Positions 1-8,454 of a stretch of DNA of 64,000 bases are shown here, in pieces. A program made the position numbers and the translations under genes. The first letter of the stretch is position 1. Every line of letters starts with the position of its first letter. Below the pieces are notes generated by a model. The model made no database searches, had not been told where the DNA came from, and was given only the letters and a program-made list of their open reading frames with translations. This stretch comes from Actinomycetota bacterium (GTDB taxonomy: Bacteria > Actinomycetota > Acidimicrobiia > Acidimicrobiales > Ilumatobacteraceae). Location: contig VFZC01000004.1 in the NCBI GenBank assembly GCA_016871355.1, positions 19,440-83,439 on the forward strand. The letters run 5' to 3'.

Positions 1-761
1 TCGCCCGACGCCTGACGGTGGGCTATGGCGAACGTCGTGTTCTCGACGGTGTCGACACTTTTCTCGCCAGCGGCGGATCGATCGCACTGGTGGGTTCGAA
101 CGGATCAGGTAAGTCGACTTTGTTGAAGACCTTCGCCGGTTTGTTGGAACCACTCGGTGGGGTCGTGGAGGTGCTCGGGGGAGCACCACGTGAGGCCAGT
201 CGATCGATTGCGTACGTGAGCCAGTTCCATCGCAACGCGCTGGCGTTGCCGTTGCGGGCGATCGACGTGGTGCGCATGGCCCGCTTCGATCATCGTGGTC
301 GGTTCGCTCGAGCGTCGGTCGATGACGAGACCGCGGTGGCCGAGGCGATGGACACGATGGAGACCACCGAGCTGTCCGATGTGGCTCTGCGCGATCTGTC
401 GGGAGGCCAGCAGCAACGCGTGTACGTGGCGCAGGCGCTCGCGCGACGGGGTGCCGTGTTGTTGCTCGACGAACCCACGAGCGGATTGGACGCTGCTGGC
501 CGCGCTGCTTATCTGCGAGCAGTGGAGCGTGAGCGAGAGCGGGGAGTGGCGGTGATCAGTGCGACGCACGACATCGGCGAAGCGTCGACGTGCGATCGGG
601 TGTTGCTGTTGGCTGGACGGTTGATCGCCGATGGGCCGCCCGATGTGGTGCTGACTCCGGAGAATCTGCTGGCCACGTTCGGTGTGGGGCTGACGAGAGT
701 GCACGACCAGTTGGTCGTCACCGAACACCAGCACGAACACGGGCACGAAAACGGGCACTAG
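1..761 (+). CDS. Metal-uptake type ABC transporter ATP-binding protein, 5' end outside window, His-rich C-terminal tail
   Basis: ORF 18..761 stays open upstream to base 3 (..ARRLTVGYG..). Walker A GSNGSGKST, signature LSGGQQQR, Walker B LLLDEP, H-loop SATHD. Tail is HQHEHGHENGH. Confidence 0.85.
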   Translation, partial: ARRLTVGYGERRVLDGVDTFLASGGSIALVGSNGSGKSTLLKTFAGLLEPLGGVVEVLGGAPREASRSIAYVSQFHRNALALPLRAIDVVRMARFDHRGRFARASVDDETAVAEAMDTMETTELSDVALRDLSGGQQQRVYVAQALARRGAVLLLDEPTSGLDAAGRAAYLRAVERERERGVAVISATHDIGEASTCDRVLLLAGRLIADGPPDVVLTPENLLATFGVGLTRVHDQLVVTEHQHEHGHENGH

Positions 762-829
762 CTCGAGATTCTGGTTAGAAACTTTCACCCTGGAGGTAGA
801 GAATTGCCACCAGAAGACCGGTTGGATGT

Positions 830-1123
830 CTAGTGTTCGTCCCAGTGGTCGTCGTGTTGGGCGTGTAGGTGCCCATCGTGCAAGTAATCCACGTGATCAC
901 CATGCGGCACCGCCTGATGGCCGCATCCCGGGCCGTGTTCGTGCTCGTGATGTGAGTGCGCCACGCACTCCTCCGAATCGCACATGTCCCAGTGATCACC
1001 GTGCTGACGATGTCGATGCCCGTCGTGAACGAAGTCGACGTGGTCGTCGTGCTCGACCATCACGTGTCCGCAATCGGGTCCGTGCACGTGCGGGTGAGTC
1101 GGGGCCGGGGCGTGCTCGCTCAT
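830..1123 (-). CDS. His/Asp/Cys-rich small metal-binding protein (97 aa) with internal duplication
   Basis: C-terminal part of ORF 830..1618. Internal ATG at 1123..1121 gives MSEHAPAPTH...HWDEH. By hand count, 26 of 97 residues are His. Two about 35-aa repeats. The upstream 165 codons are Arg/Ser-rich and antisense to the SDR gene. Confidence 0.6.
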   Translation of the reverse strand: MSEHAPAPTHPHVHGPDCGHVMVEHDDHVDFVHDGHRHRQHGDHWDMCDSEECVAHSHHEHEHGPGCGHQAVPHGDHVDYLHDGHLHAQHDDHWDEH

Positions 1124-1211
1124 GGTCCCATTACCCCCGTTGTGACCCCTGGCGGACCGCCAATCGGACAGCGATGTCGCGTCATCGGCCGAGATCCGCT
1201 GGAATGAACAC

Positions 1212-2162
1212 GTGCTCGACCGCTTCGCCGACCGACTTCTCGACGCAACCGTTGTCGGTGGGTTCTCGCGCCTCGGCCCGGCCGTGCGCTCGCGCCTCGG
1301 GAACTGGGAATCGTTCCTACCTGGCTGTCTGTCCGGTCTAACCGTCGTGGTCACCGGTCCAACGTCCGGACTCGGTTTGGCCGCCGCGCTCGAATTCGAT
1401 CGTCTCGGTGCCGATCTCGTCTTGATCGGTCGAGACCCTGATCGCGTCGAATCCGTGCGCACTCGTCTGAGCGGCGCCGAACGAGCGGTCGCTCTCGTTG
1501 CCGACATGGGCGATCTCGTCGCCGTCCGTCGAGTGGCCGCCCAACTGTTGGCGACCGGTCGTCCCATCCACGCGCTGGTGCACAACGCGGGTGCACTGAC
1601 GTCCGATCGTCTCATCACTCCGCAGGGTCACGAGGCAACCATCGCCACCCACGTTCTCGGCCCGCGTCTGCTCACCCGCGAAGTCCTCGCGCTCCTCGAC
1701 GGCGGTCGCGTGATCACGGTGTCGTCGGGCGGGATGTACGCCGCGCCACTGCCGCGATTCGATCGCGGTGAGTCGCCCGAGATGAGCCTGCAGCGATACG
1801 ACGGCACCAAGCAGTACGCCATCGCCAAGCGCATGCAAGTGACGCTCAACGAGATCGATGCGACGAATCACCCGAATGTCACGTTCTCGGCCATGCATCC
1901 GGGCTGGGCCGACACACCCGGGGTCCGCGCATCGTTGCCGGGCTTCGCCAAGGTCACCGCACCGATCCTGCGCACCGCCGAACAGGGAGCCGACACCATC
2001 GTGTGGCTGACGGCCACCGGACGTCGTTACGACTCGGGCCGCTTCTGGTGCGATCGGGCCGAGCGTCCCATCCACCGCCTCCCGACCACGCGCCGAACCG
2101 ACGACGACGCGAACCGTTCGGCTCTGACGACGTGGGTCGACGACGCGATCAGTGCGTCATGA
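1212..2162 (+). CDS. SDR family NAD(P)-dependent oxidoreductase
   Basis: GTG start. Cofactor motif VVVTGPTSGLG. Catalytic YxxxK (YAIAK). 316 aa. Confidence 0.8.
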   Translation: MLDRFADRLLDATVVGGFSRLGPAVRSRLGNWESFLPGCLSGLTVVVTGPTSGLGLAAALEFDRLGADLVLIGRDPDRVESVRTRLSGAERAVALVADMGDLVAVRRVAAQLLATGRPIHALVHNAGALTSDRLITPQGHEATIATHVLGPRLLTREVLALLDGGRVITVSSGGMYAAPLPRFDRGESPEMSLQRYDGTKQYAIAKRMQVTLNEIDATNHPNVTFSAMHPGWADTPGVRASLPGFAKVTAPILRTAEQGADTIVWLTATGRRYDSGRFWCDRAERPIHRLPTTRRTDDDANRSALTTWVDDAISAS

Positions 2163-3372
2163 TCTCGTCGGCGTAACGGCCGGCGCGCAACAGCTCACCC
2201 ATCGTCGTCATGGCCGGAGCCGTGTGGCGGAAGAAGTGCAGGTATCCGTCGCAGAGATGATTGAGCCCGGGCTCGCCGTCGGCCGTGGTCGCGAAACGAT
2301 CCTTCGGGCATCCACCGTGGCACGCGAACAGAACATCGCACTCACGGCACTGACGGGGGAGTGTCGACTGCTTGGCCCGCCCGAAGGCCCGCTGCCGTTC
2401 GTCGTCGACCAACGCTCGCAATGGTGTGTCGTGGATGTTGCCGATCAGGTGATCGGGCTCCACGAAGTGATCGCACGAGTACACGTCGCCGTTGAACTCG
2501 AGAGCCAACGCGTCGCCGCAGGTGGGTGAGTGGATGCACAACGAGTACTGCCCGAGGTGCGCCCCTAACGTCACGTCGAACATCTGCACGAACACCCGGC
2601 CCACGTCATGCGAGACCCATTCGTCGAACACCGCCGTGAGGAACTCGCCGTTCTGCCGGCCCGTGATCGAGCGACTGGTCGTGAGGTCGCCCGACTGCGT
2701 GTACAGGATGCGTCGGCGCCCGGGCCTGTCGCTCCATCCCTTCTCGGCGATCTCGAGTGTGACCGGGGTGGCCCTTTCGACGATCGGGATGAACTGAACG
2801 AACTCGGCTCCGAGTTCGTCGCGGAAGTAGCGATACACCGTGAGGGGTTCGTGAACGTTCGCGCTCGACACCGAGCACAACACGTTCACGTCGACGCCGC
2901 GCGAACGCAGAAGAGTCCACGCCGCGATCACAGCGGAATGTGTGCCGTCACCCTTCTTATCGACCCGATGGACGTCGTGCAGATGGGCCGGACCATCGAG
3001 GCTCAGACCCACGAGCACGCGATGTTCGGCGAACAACCGCGCCCATTCGTCGTCGAGCAACACCCCGTTGGTCTGCACACTGTGGAGCAAGGTCTGGCTT
3101 GGCCGTCGAACCCGCTCGGCCATCTCGATCGCGGTTCGGAAGAACTTGACACCCATGAGGGTCGGCTCGCCACCCTGCCAGGCGATGTTCACGTCGCCAT
3201 CGGGTTGGGCGTCGAGCAACTGCCCGATGTACTCGGTGAGGGTGGCCGACGACATGCGATGGCTCTGGTTCGGATACAGCGCGTCCTTCGACAAGAAGAA
3301 GCAGTACGAACAGTCGAGATTGCAGGTGGCCCCGGTGGGCTTGGCCAGCAAGTGGAACGCGCGTCGCGTCAC
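2149..3372 (-). CDS. Anaerobic sulfatase-maturating enzyme-like radical SAM/SPASM protein
   Basis: FHLLAKPTGATCNLDCSYCFF (CX3CX2C) and C-terminal Cys clusters CRECDVLFACHGGCPKDR. Start moved to GTG 3372, 4 nt after the upstream gene's stop. An alternative ATG at 3423 would overlap that gene by 47 nt. Confidence 0.8.
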   Translation of the reverse strand: MTRRAFHLLAKPTGATCNLDCSYCFFLSKDALYPNQSHRMSSATLTEYIGQLLDAQPDGDVNIAWQGGEPTLMGVKFFRTAIEMAERVRRPSQTLLHSVQTNGVLLDDEWARLFAEHRVLVGLSLDGPAHLHDVHRVDKKGDGTHSAVIAAWTLLRSRGVDVNVLCSVSSANVHEPLTVYRYFRDELGAEFVQFIPIVERATPVTLEIAEKGWSDRPGRRRILYTQSGDLTTSRSITGRQNGEFLTAVFDEWVSHDVGRVFVQMFDVTLGAHLGQYSLCIHSPTCGDALALEFNGDVYSCDHFVEPDHLIGNIHDTPLRALVDDERQRAFGRAKQSTLPRQCRECDVLFACHGGCPKDRFATTADGEPGLNHLCDGYLHFFRHTAPAMTTMGELLRAGRYADEIMTH

Positions 3373-3376
3373 GACG

Positions 3377-4207
3377 TCATGATTCCCACGAGCGATGCCA
3401 CAGCAGCGGATTGCTCGGACCATCGGCAACCGCACCGGTCTCGCGACCGCCGAGCCACAACGCCAGGTCGAATTGGCGCGCCGGATGATCGGCCTCGGAG
3501 ATTCGTGTTCCGTCGGCGTAGTAGATGACGGTGAGGACGGCGCGCATGAGATCCGACTCGTTGGCCGGGGCCGAGTGAAGAGTCCAGCCGCGATGGAACG
3601 TGGCGTCGCCGGCGGCGAATGGTCCGTGAGTCGACAACGTGAATCCGCGCTCGGCCACGACGGTGTCGAAGAACTCGTGTGAGGCATCGCCGATCACGAG
3701 TTCGCCGAGATTGCCGTGACGCCACGATCCGTCGGCGAATGTCATGCCACCAACGTCGCGCGGAATGTCGACGAGTGGCATCCACATCGTGATCGTGCGA
3801 TCGGAGTCGAGCGGCCAGTACACCTGATCCTGGTGCCAGGGCGTGAAGCCGCCACCCGGCTCCTTGTAAAGCGCCTGATCGTGGTACAGCCGAACGCCGT
3901 CGCATTGCAGGAGTTCGGCGGCCACCCGGGCGAACCGCCGGGCCAGTGCGAATTCGGCCACGGCCGCGCTGTGGCGATGCACGTTGGCCGACTGGATGAA
4001 AGCCCGGCCATACGTGTCACGCTCTTCGAGGGGCCGCTTGTCCCACCGCAGAGCCATGGTCGCCTGGTCGATGGCCGGCTTGTACCTCTCCACCAGGGAG
4101 TGGGGGGCGAGCCCACGAACCACCGCATGGCCAGCCGCCTCGAACGCCTCGACGGATCCCGGGGCCAGGACGTACGGCTCGTCGAGCACGGTGGGACGGT
4201 CGGTCAC
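3377..4207 (-). CDS. Phytanoyl-CoA dioxygenase (PhyH) family Fe(II)/2-oxoglutarate oxygenase
   Basis: 276-aa ORF. HxD facial-triad element (PWHQDQ) and distal His (TFHRGWTLH). Overall PhyH-like pattern. Confidence 0.7.
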   Translation of the reverse strand: MTDRPTVLDEPYVLAPGSVEAFEAAGHAVVRGLAPHSLVERYKPAIDQATMALRWDKRPLEERDTYGRAFIQSANVHRHSAAVAEFALARRFARVAAELLQCDGVRLYHDQALYKEPGGGFTPWHQDQVYWPLDSDRTITMWMPLVDIPRDVGGMTFADGSWRHGNLGELVIGDASHEFFDTVVAERGFTLSTHGPFAAGDATFHRGWTLHSAPANESDLMRAVLTVIYYADGTRISEADHPARQFDLALWLGGRETGAVADGPSNPLLWHRSWES

Positions 4208-4286
4208 CGTCCCATTCTTCCATGTGCGCTCGACTTCACAGCGCAGACGTTGGTGGTCGACCCCCTCGATCGGCGAGACTCACGGC

Positions 4287-5384
4287 GTGGAATTCGCTTG
4301 GACCAACGAGCAACTCGCCCTTCGTGAGGAGGCCCGTGAGGTGGCGGCCAAAGCCGTCGAGAAGTACGGCCGCGCCAACGACTCGTGGATCAACGGTTGG
4401 TCGAAGGACTTCGCCGCCGAACTCGGTGCGCGCGGCTGGATCGGTCTCACGTGGCCGAAGGAGTTCGGTGGCGGTGGCCGTCCAGCCATCGATCGCTTGA
4501 TCATCGGCGAAGAACTCATCAGCGCCGGCGCACCCATCGGCTCGATGTGGTTCGCCGATCGTCAGATGGGTCCGACACTCATCACCTACGGCCGCCCCGA
4601 TCAGCAAGCCGAGTATCTTCCGGCCATCCTGGCCGGACAGAGCGTGTGGTGCATCGGCATGTCCGAACCCAACTCGGGTTCCGATCTCGCGTCGTTGAAG
4701 ACGCAGGCCGTGCGCGATGGCGACGAGTGGGTCATCAACGGTCAGAAGATCTGGACGAGTTTCGGCGCGGTGGCCGACTACTGCTACTTGATCTGCCGCA
4801 CCACCACCGAAGGTCCGCCGCATGCGGGCATCAGCGAGATCATCGTGCCGATGAACACGCCGGGCATCGAAGTGCGCCCCATCAAGGACATGACCACCAA
4901 TCGTCACTTCTGCGAAGTGTTCTTCACCGACGTGCGGCTGCCGATCGTCAACCTGGTGGGGGTGGAGGGCAACGCCTTCAAGCAGACGATGCGCCAACTC
5001 GAACATGAACGTGGTGGTATCGATCGTCTCGTGTCGAACCACGCGCTCTACAAGGTCGCGCTCGAGCGGGCCGATCGATCCGATCCGCGTGTGCGTCAGC
5101 AGATCGCGCGCCTCGAGGAGAAGTACCGGATCGGTCGCATCCTCGTCATTCGCGAAGTGCTGCACCAGGCGCCGGCCGGTTTCTCGGCCGCCACCAAGTG
5201 CTTCTGCACCGAACACGAATGGGACGTCGCGCAGTTCGTGAGCCAGGTGCTCGGCCCGGAAGCCACACTCTGGAACCAGGTGACGCAGGGTCTCGCCTAC
5301 GCGCCCGGCTACACCATCATGGGCGGCACGTCGAACGTGATGCGCAACATCCTCGGCGAGCGAGTCCTCGGCCTCCCACGCTGA
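4287..5384 (+). CDS. Acyl-CoA dehydrogenase family protein
   Basis: Start trimmed to GTG 4287 (VEFAWTNEQLALREEAR..). ACAD motifs GMSEPNSGSDLASL and GGTSNVMRNILGERVLGLP. The upstream part of ORF 3984.. is antisense to the PhyH gene. Confidence 0.85.
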   Translation: MEFAWTNEQLALREEAREVAAKAVEKYGRANDSWINGWSKDFAAELGARGWIGLTWPKEFGGGGRPAIDRLIIGEELISAGAPIGSMWFADRQMGPTLITYGRPDQQAEYLPAILAGQSVWCIGMSEPNSGSDLASLKTQAVRDGDEWVINGQKIWTSFGAVADYCYLICRTTTEGPPHAGISEIIVPMNTPGIEVRPIKDMTTNRHFCEVFFTDVRLPIVNLVGVEGNAFKQTMRQLEHERGGIDRLVSNHALYKVALERADRSDPRVRQQIARLEEKYRIGRILVIREVLHQAPAGFSAATKCFCTEHEWDVAQFVSQVLGPEATLWNQVTQGLAYAPGYTIMGGTSNVMRNILGERVLGLPR

Positions 5385-5385
5385 C

Positions 5386-5760
5386 ATGCCGTCCGACGCA
5401 ACGGCGCGCGAGCCCAAGTTCTGCGCGTCGTGCGGCCGTCGTATGGAGTGGCGCAAGAAGTGGGAACGCAACTGGGACTCGGTGAAGTACTGCAGCGATC
5501 ACTGTCGCCGTGTGCGCGTGTCCGATCTCGACCGTCGCCTGGAGGCGCGGATCGAAGCGATGCTCGACACCCGATCGGGAAGCCTGTGTCCATCGGAGGT
5601 GGCGCGGGCCGAACGAGACGACGACTGGCGTGAACTGATGGAACCGGTACGGGCCGCTGCGCGCCGTCTGAACGTGCGCGGCCTGGTGGTGTTCACGCAG
5701 GGTGGACGCGTGGTCGATCCGTCCACCGCCACGGGCCCGGTCCGGCTGCGACGCCCCTGA
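5386..5760 (+). CDS. DUF2256 zinc-ribbon / DUF3253-like fusion protein
   Basis: CASCGRRMEWRKKWERNWDSVKYCSDHCR is the DUF2256 signature as I recall it. ATG lies 1 nt after the ACAD stop. Confidence 0.6.
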   Translation: MPSDATAREPKFCASCGRRMEWRKKWERNWDSVKYCSDHCRRVRVSDLDRRLEARIEAMLDTRSGSLCPSEVARAERDDDWRELMEPVRAAARRLNVRGLVVFTQGGRVVDPSTATGPVRLRRP

Positions 5761-5799
5761 GCCGTCGGTTACCGTTGGCGTCGACTGCGAGGGGGACGC

Positions 5800-7428
5800 A
5801 TGACCGAGTGGAACATCGCCGACGTGTACGAGGCGATCGCCGCCAAGACGCCGAACGCGCCGTGCCAGATCCAGGGTGATCGCCGCTTCACGTGGCGACA
5901 GTTCGACGAACGCACCGCGGCACTGGCGGCCGACTTCATCGAGGCCGGCCTCACCAAGCAGAGCAAGGTCGCGGCCTATCTGTACAACTGCCCCGAGTAT
6001 CTCGAGACCTACGTCGCGGCGTTCAAGGGCGGCTTCGCGCCGGTCAACACCAACTACCGCTACGGACCCGAAGAAGTCAGTTATCTCTTCGACAACGCCG
6101 ACGCCGAAGCCGTGGTCTTCCACGCGACGTTCGTGCCGCTGGTGGACGAGGTGCGCGCGCGACTGCCGAAAGTGCGTCGTTGGTACTGCGTCGCCGACGG
6201 ATCGCACGATGTGCCGTCGTGGGCCGTCGATTACGACGAGGTGGTGGCTCGCTCGGTTGCGGGTCCGGTGCGCGGACCGTGGGGTCGCAGCCCCGACGAT
6301 CTCTTGCTGTTGTACACCGGCGGAACCACCGGGATGCCCAAGGGTGTGATGTGGCGCCAGGACGATCTCTTCAACGTGTTGGGTGCGGGTGGTCAGGCCC
6401 TCATCGGCATTCCGCCCGCCGAATCGTTCGATCACCTCGTGAGTCGAATCGGCGAGAGCGTGCCGCCGTTCGTCACGCTCTCGGCGTGTCCGCTCATGCA
6501 CGGCACCGGACAGTTCTCGAGCCTCATCACCATGAACATGGGCGGTTGCATCGTCACGATGCCGTCGCGGTCGCTCGACATCGACGAACTCCTGGGTGAG
6601 GTGCAACGCAACAAGGTCGCGTCACTCGTGATCGTGGGGCAGGCCTTCGCCGGCCCCATTCTCGAGAACTTCGAAGCCAACCCGGGCAAGTACGACTTGT
6701 CGAGCCTGATCCTCATGTCGTCGTCGGGCGTGATGTGGAGCCAGGAGAACAAGCAGGGTCTCTTGAAACACGTCCCGCACGTGATCTTGTTCGATTCGTT
6801 CGGTTCGTCCGAAGCGGTCGGCCTGGGCGGATCGGTGAGCGCGGCCGGTGCGGCCAGTGAGACGGCCAAGTTCCAACTCGGACCGTCGTGCGTGGTGTTC
6901 ACTGAGGATGGTCGTCGTGTCGAGCCGGGCTCGGGCGAACGTGGATTGGTGGCCGTGGGTGGTTTCATTCCGCTCGGCTACTACCGCGACGAGGCCAAGA
7001 CAGCTCAGACGTTCCGCACCTTCGAGGGGCGGCGCTGGAGCGTGCCCGGCGACTGGGCCGAGGTGCTGGCCGACGGCACGATCAACCTGTTGGGTCGCGG
7101 ATCGGTGTGCATCAACACCGGCGGCGAGAAGGTGTTCCCCGAAGAAGTGGAAGAGGCGTTGAAGCGTCACCCGTCCGTGCGTGATGCGGTCGCCGTGGGA
7201 ATCCCCGATCAGCGATTCGGCGAGACCATCTGCGCGGTGGTCGAAGCCACACCCGGTGTCACGCCGAGCCTCGACGAACTGAACGCTCACGTGAAGGCCT
7301 CGCTCGCGGCGTACAAGGCCCCGCGCCACCTCGTGATCGTCGACACCATCGGGCGTGCGCCCAACGGCAAGGTCGACTACAAGCGGTTGAAAGGTGTGGC
7401 CTTCGATCGTCTCGGTGTGTCGTCGTGA
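5800..7428 (+). CDS. Acyl-CoA synthetase (AMP-forming, FadD-like)
   Basis: AMP-binding motif LLLYTGGTTGMPKGV. GDWAEVLADGTINLLGRGS. C-terminal PNGKVDY. GAGGGGGA purine tract (5788..5795) ends 4 nt before the ATG at 5800. Confidence 0.85.
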   Translation: MTEWNIADVYEAIAAKTPNAPCQIQGDRRFTWRQFDERTAALAADFIEAGLTKQSKVAAYLYNCPEYLETYVAAFKGGFAPVNTNYRYGPEEVSYLFDNADAEAVVFHATFVPLVDEVRARLPKVRRWYCVADGSHDVPSWAVDYDEVVARSVAGPVRGPWGRSPDDLLLLYTGGTTGMPKGVMWRQDDLFNVLGAGGQALIGIPPAESFDHLVSRIGESVPPFVTLSACPLMHGTGQFSSLITMNMGGCIVTMPSRSLDIDELLGEVQRNKVASLVIVGQAFAGPILENFEANPGKYDLSSLILMSSSGVMWSQENKQGLLKHVPHVILFDSFGSSEAVGLGGSVSAAGAASETAKFQLGPSCVVFTEDGRRVEPGSGERGLVAVGGFIPLGYYRDEAKTAQTFRTFEGRRWSVPGDWAEVLADGTINLLGRGSVCINTGGEKVFPEEVEEALKRHPSVRDAVAVGIPDQRFGETICAVVEATPGVTPSLDELNAHVKASLAAYKAPRHLVIVDTIGRAPNGKVDYKRLKGVAFDRLGVSS

Positions 7429-8276
7429 CAGCCGACGCCCTTCGCGCTCGGCTCGCGCGGCGCGAAGTGGTGGTGATGCCCGGGGTGTGGGACGCCACGT
7501 CGGCGTTGGTGGCCGAGCGCGCCGGCTTCCATTCGTTGTTCGTGTCCGGTTTCGCCGTCTCGGGAGCGTTGCTCGGTGAGCCCGATGTTGGTCACCTGTC
7601 GCAGATCGAGATGGTCGAAACCGCGCGACGGATTTGTCACGCCGTTCCGACTCTGTCGGTCGTCGTGGACGCCGACACCGGTTACGGCAACGCGATGAAC
7701 GTGATGCGCACGGTCGAGTTGTGGGAAGAAGCGGGCGCCGCGGGAATGTTCCTCGAGGATCAGGTGTGGCCGAAGAGGTGTGGCCACATGCCCAACAAGC
7801 AGGTGGTCCCGGCCGACGATTGGTTGGCCAAGGTGCGCGCCGCCCTCGACCATCGCACCGAACTCGTCGTCACGGCTCGTACCGATGCCCGGGGCGCGCT
7901 CGGTCTCGACGAAGCCATCGAGCGCGGCAAGCGCGCGCGTGATCTCGGTGTGGATGCCGTGTTCATCGAAGCGCCCGCGTCGGAAAGCGAGCTCGACACG
8001 ATCGTTCGCGAACTGCCCGATGTGGTGTTGGTGGCCAACATGGCCGAGAAGGGCGGAATCGCTCATCTCACGGCGGCCGATCTGGCCGACCGGGGCTTCC
8101 GACTGCTGGTGTCGCCGGTGGGCTTATTGTTCGCGGCCGTCGATGCCATGACCACGGCGGCGTCCACTCTGGCCGCCACGGGTTCGCTCGGTGCGGTGCG
8201 CCCGGGGCGGTTCGACGAGTTCACCGACCTGGTGGGTCTGCCCGAACATCAAACCACCGAGGAGCGCTACCGCTGA
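7425..8276 (+). CDS. Isocitrate lyase/PEP mutase family protein (2-methylisocitrate lyase / carboxyvinyl-carboxyphosphonate phosphorylmutase-like)
   Basis: VMPGVWDATSA, DADTGYGN, EDQVWPKRCGH. GTGA start/stop overlap with the preceding gene. Confidence 0.8.
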   Translation: MTADALRARLARREVVVMPGVWDATSALVAERAGFHSLFVSGFAVSGALLGEPDVGHLSQIEMVETARRICHAVPTLSVVVDADTGYGNAMNVMRTVELWEEAGAAGMFLEDQVWPKRCGHMPNKQVVPADDWLAKVRAALDHRTELVVTARTDARGALGLDEAIERGKRARDLGVDAVFIEAPASESELDTIVRELPDVVLVANMAEKGGIAHLTAADLADRGFRLLVSPVGLLFAAVDAMTTAASTLAATGSLGAVRPGRFDEFTDLVGLPEHQTTEERYR

Positions 8277-8297
8277 GTCGGTAACCTGTCCCCGTCT

Positions 8298-8381
8298 CAT
8301 CCAGAGCGGCCCGAGCAATCGGGCCCGGCAACCTGGGCGGAAGCCCCAAGGTGCCTCCTGCCGCTTCGTGCGGTGGGGATG
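8298..8381 (+). promoter_or_regulatory. SAM riboswitch aptamer, SAM-I clan (SAM-I / SAM-IV / SAM-I-IV like), 5' leader of metX
   Basis: P1 CAUCC(8298-8302)/GGAUG(8377-8381). J1/2 AGAG. Hairpin GGCCCGA-GCAA-UCGGGCC. Conserved GGCAACC. Hairpin GGGC-GGAA-GCCC. Conserved AAGGUGCC. Hairpin CCGC-UUCGU-GCGG. Sits 74 nt upstream of the metX ATG. Confidence 0.6.
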
Positions 8382-8454
8382 CGGCCGGTTCGCCGGCAAC
8401 GAAGCTTCCCTGGATGGGTCACCTGCCGCGACGAGTCGACGAAAGGAGCCTGAG

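Noticed and set aside
1124-1211. Zur/Nur-type metalloregulator box upstream of the His-rich gene
   Set aside because: The spacer is GC-rich and shows no AT-rich palindrome of the known Zur-box type, so there is nothing to support a call.
830-1618. 262-aa ORF from the track, considered as one long gene
   Set aside because: The N-terminal about 165 residues are Arg/Ser/Thr/Ala-rich, lie antisense to the well-supported SDR gene (1212..2162) and lack any motif. Only the His-rich C-terminal 97 aa from ATG 1123 look genuine.
5800-7428. Possible segmental duplication with 48406..50019 (two similar acyl-CoA synthetases, each near an ACAD)
   Set aside because: Similarity is at the protein-family level only. 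The nucleotide sequences and flanks are not repeated, so these are old paralogs rather than a repeat element.
8191-8454. 88-codon N-terminal extension of metX in the track ORF
   Set aside because: The region folds into the SAM-type aptamer. A strong GAAAGGAG precedes ATG 8455, and MetX homologues start near this point.
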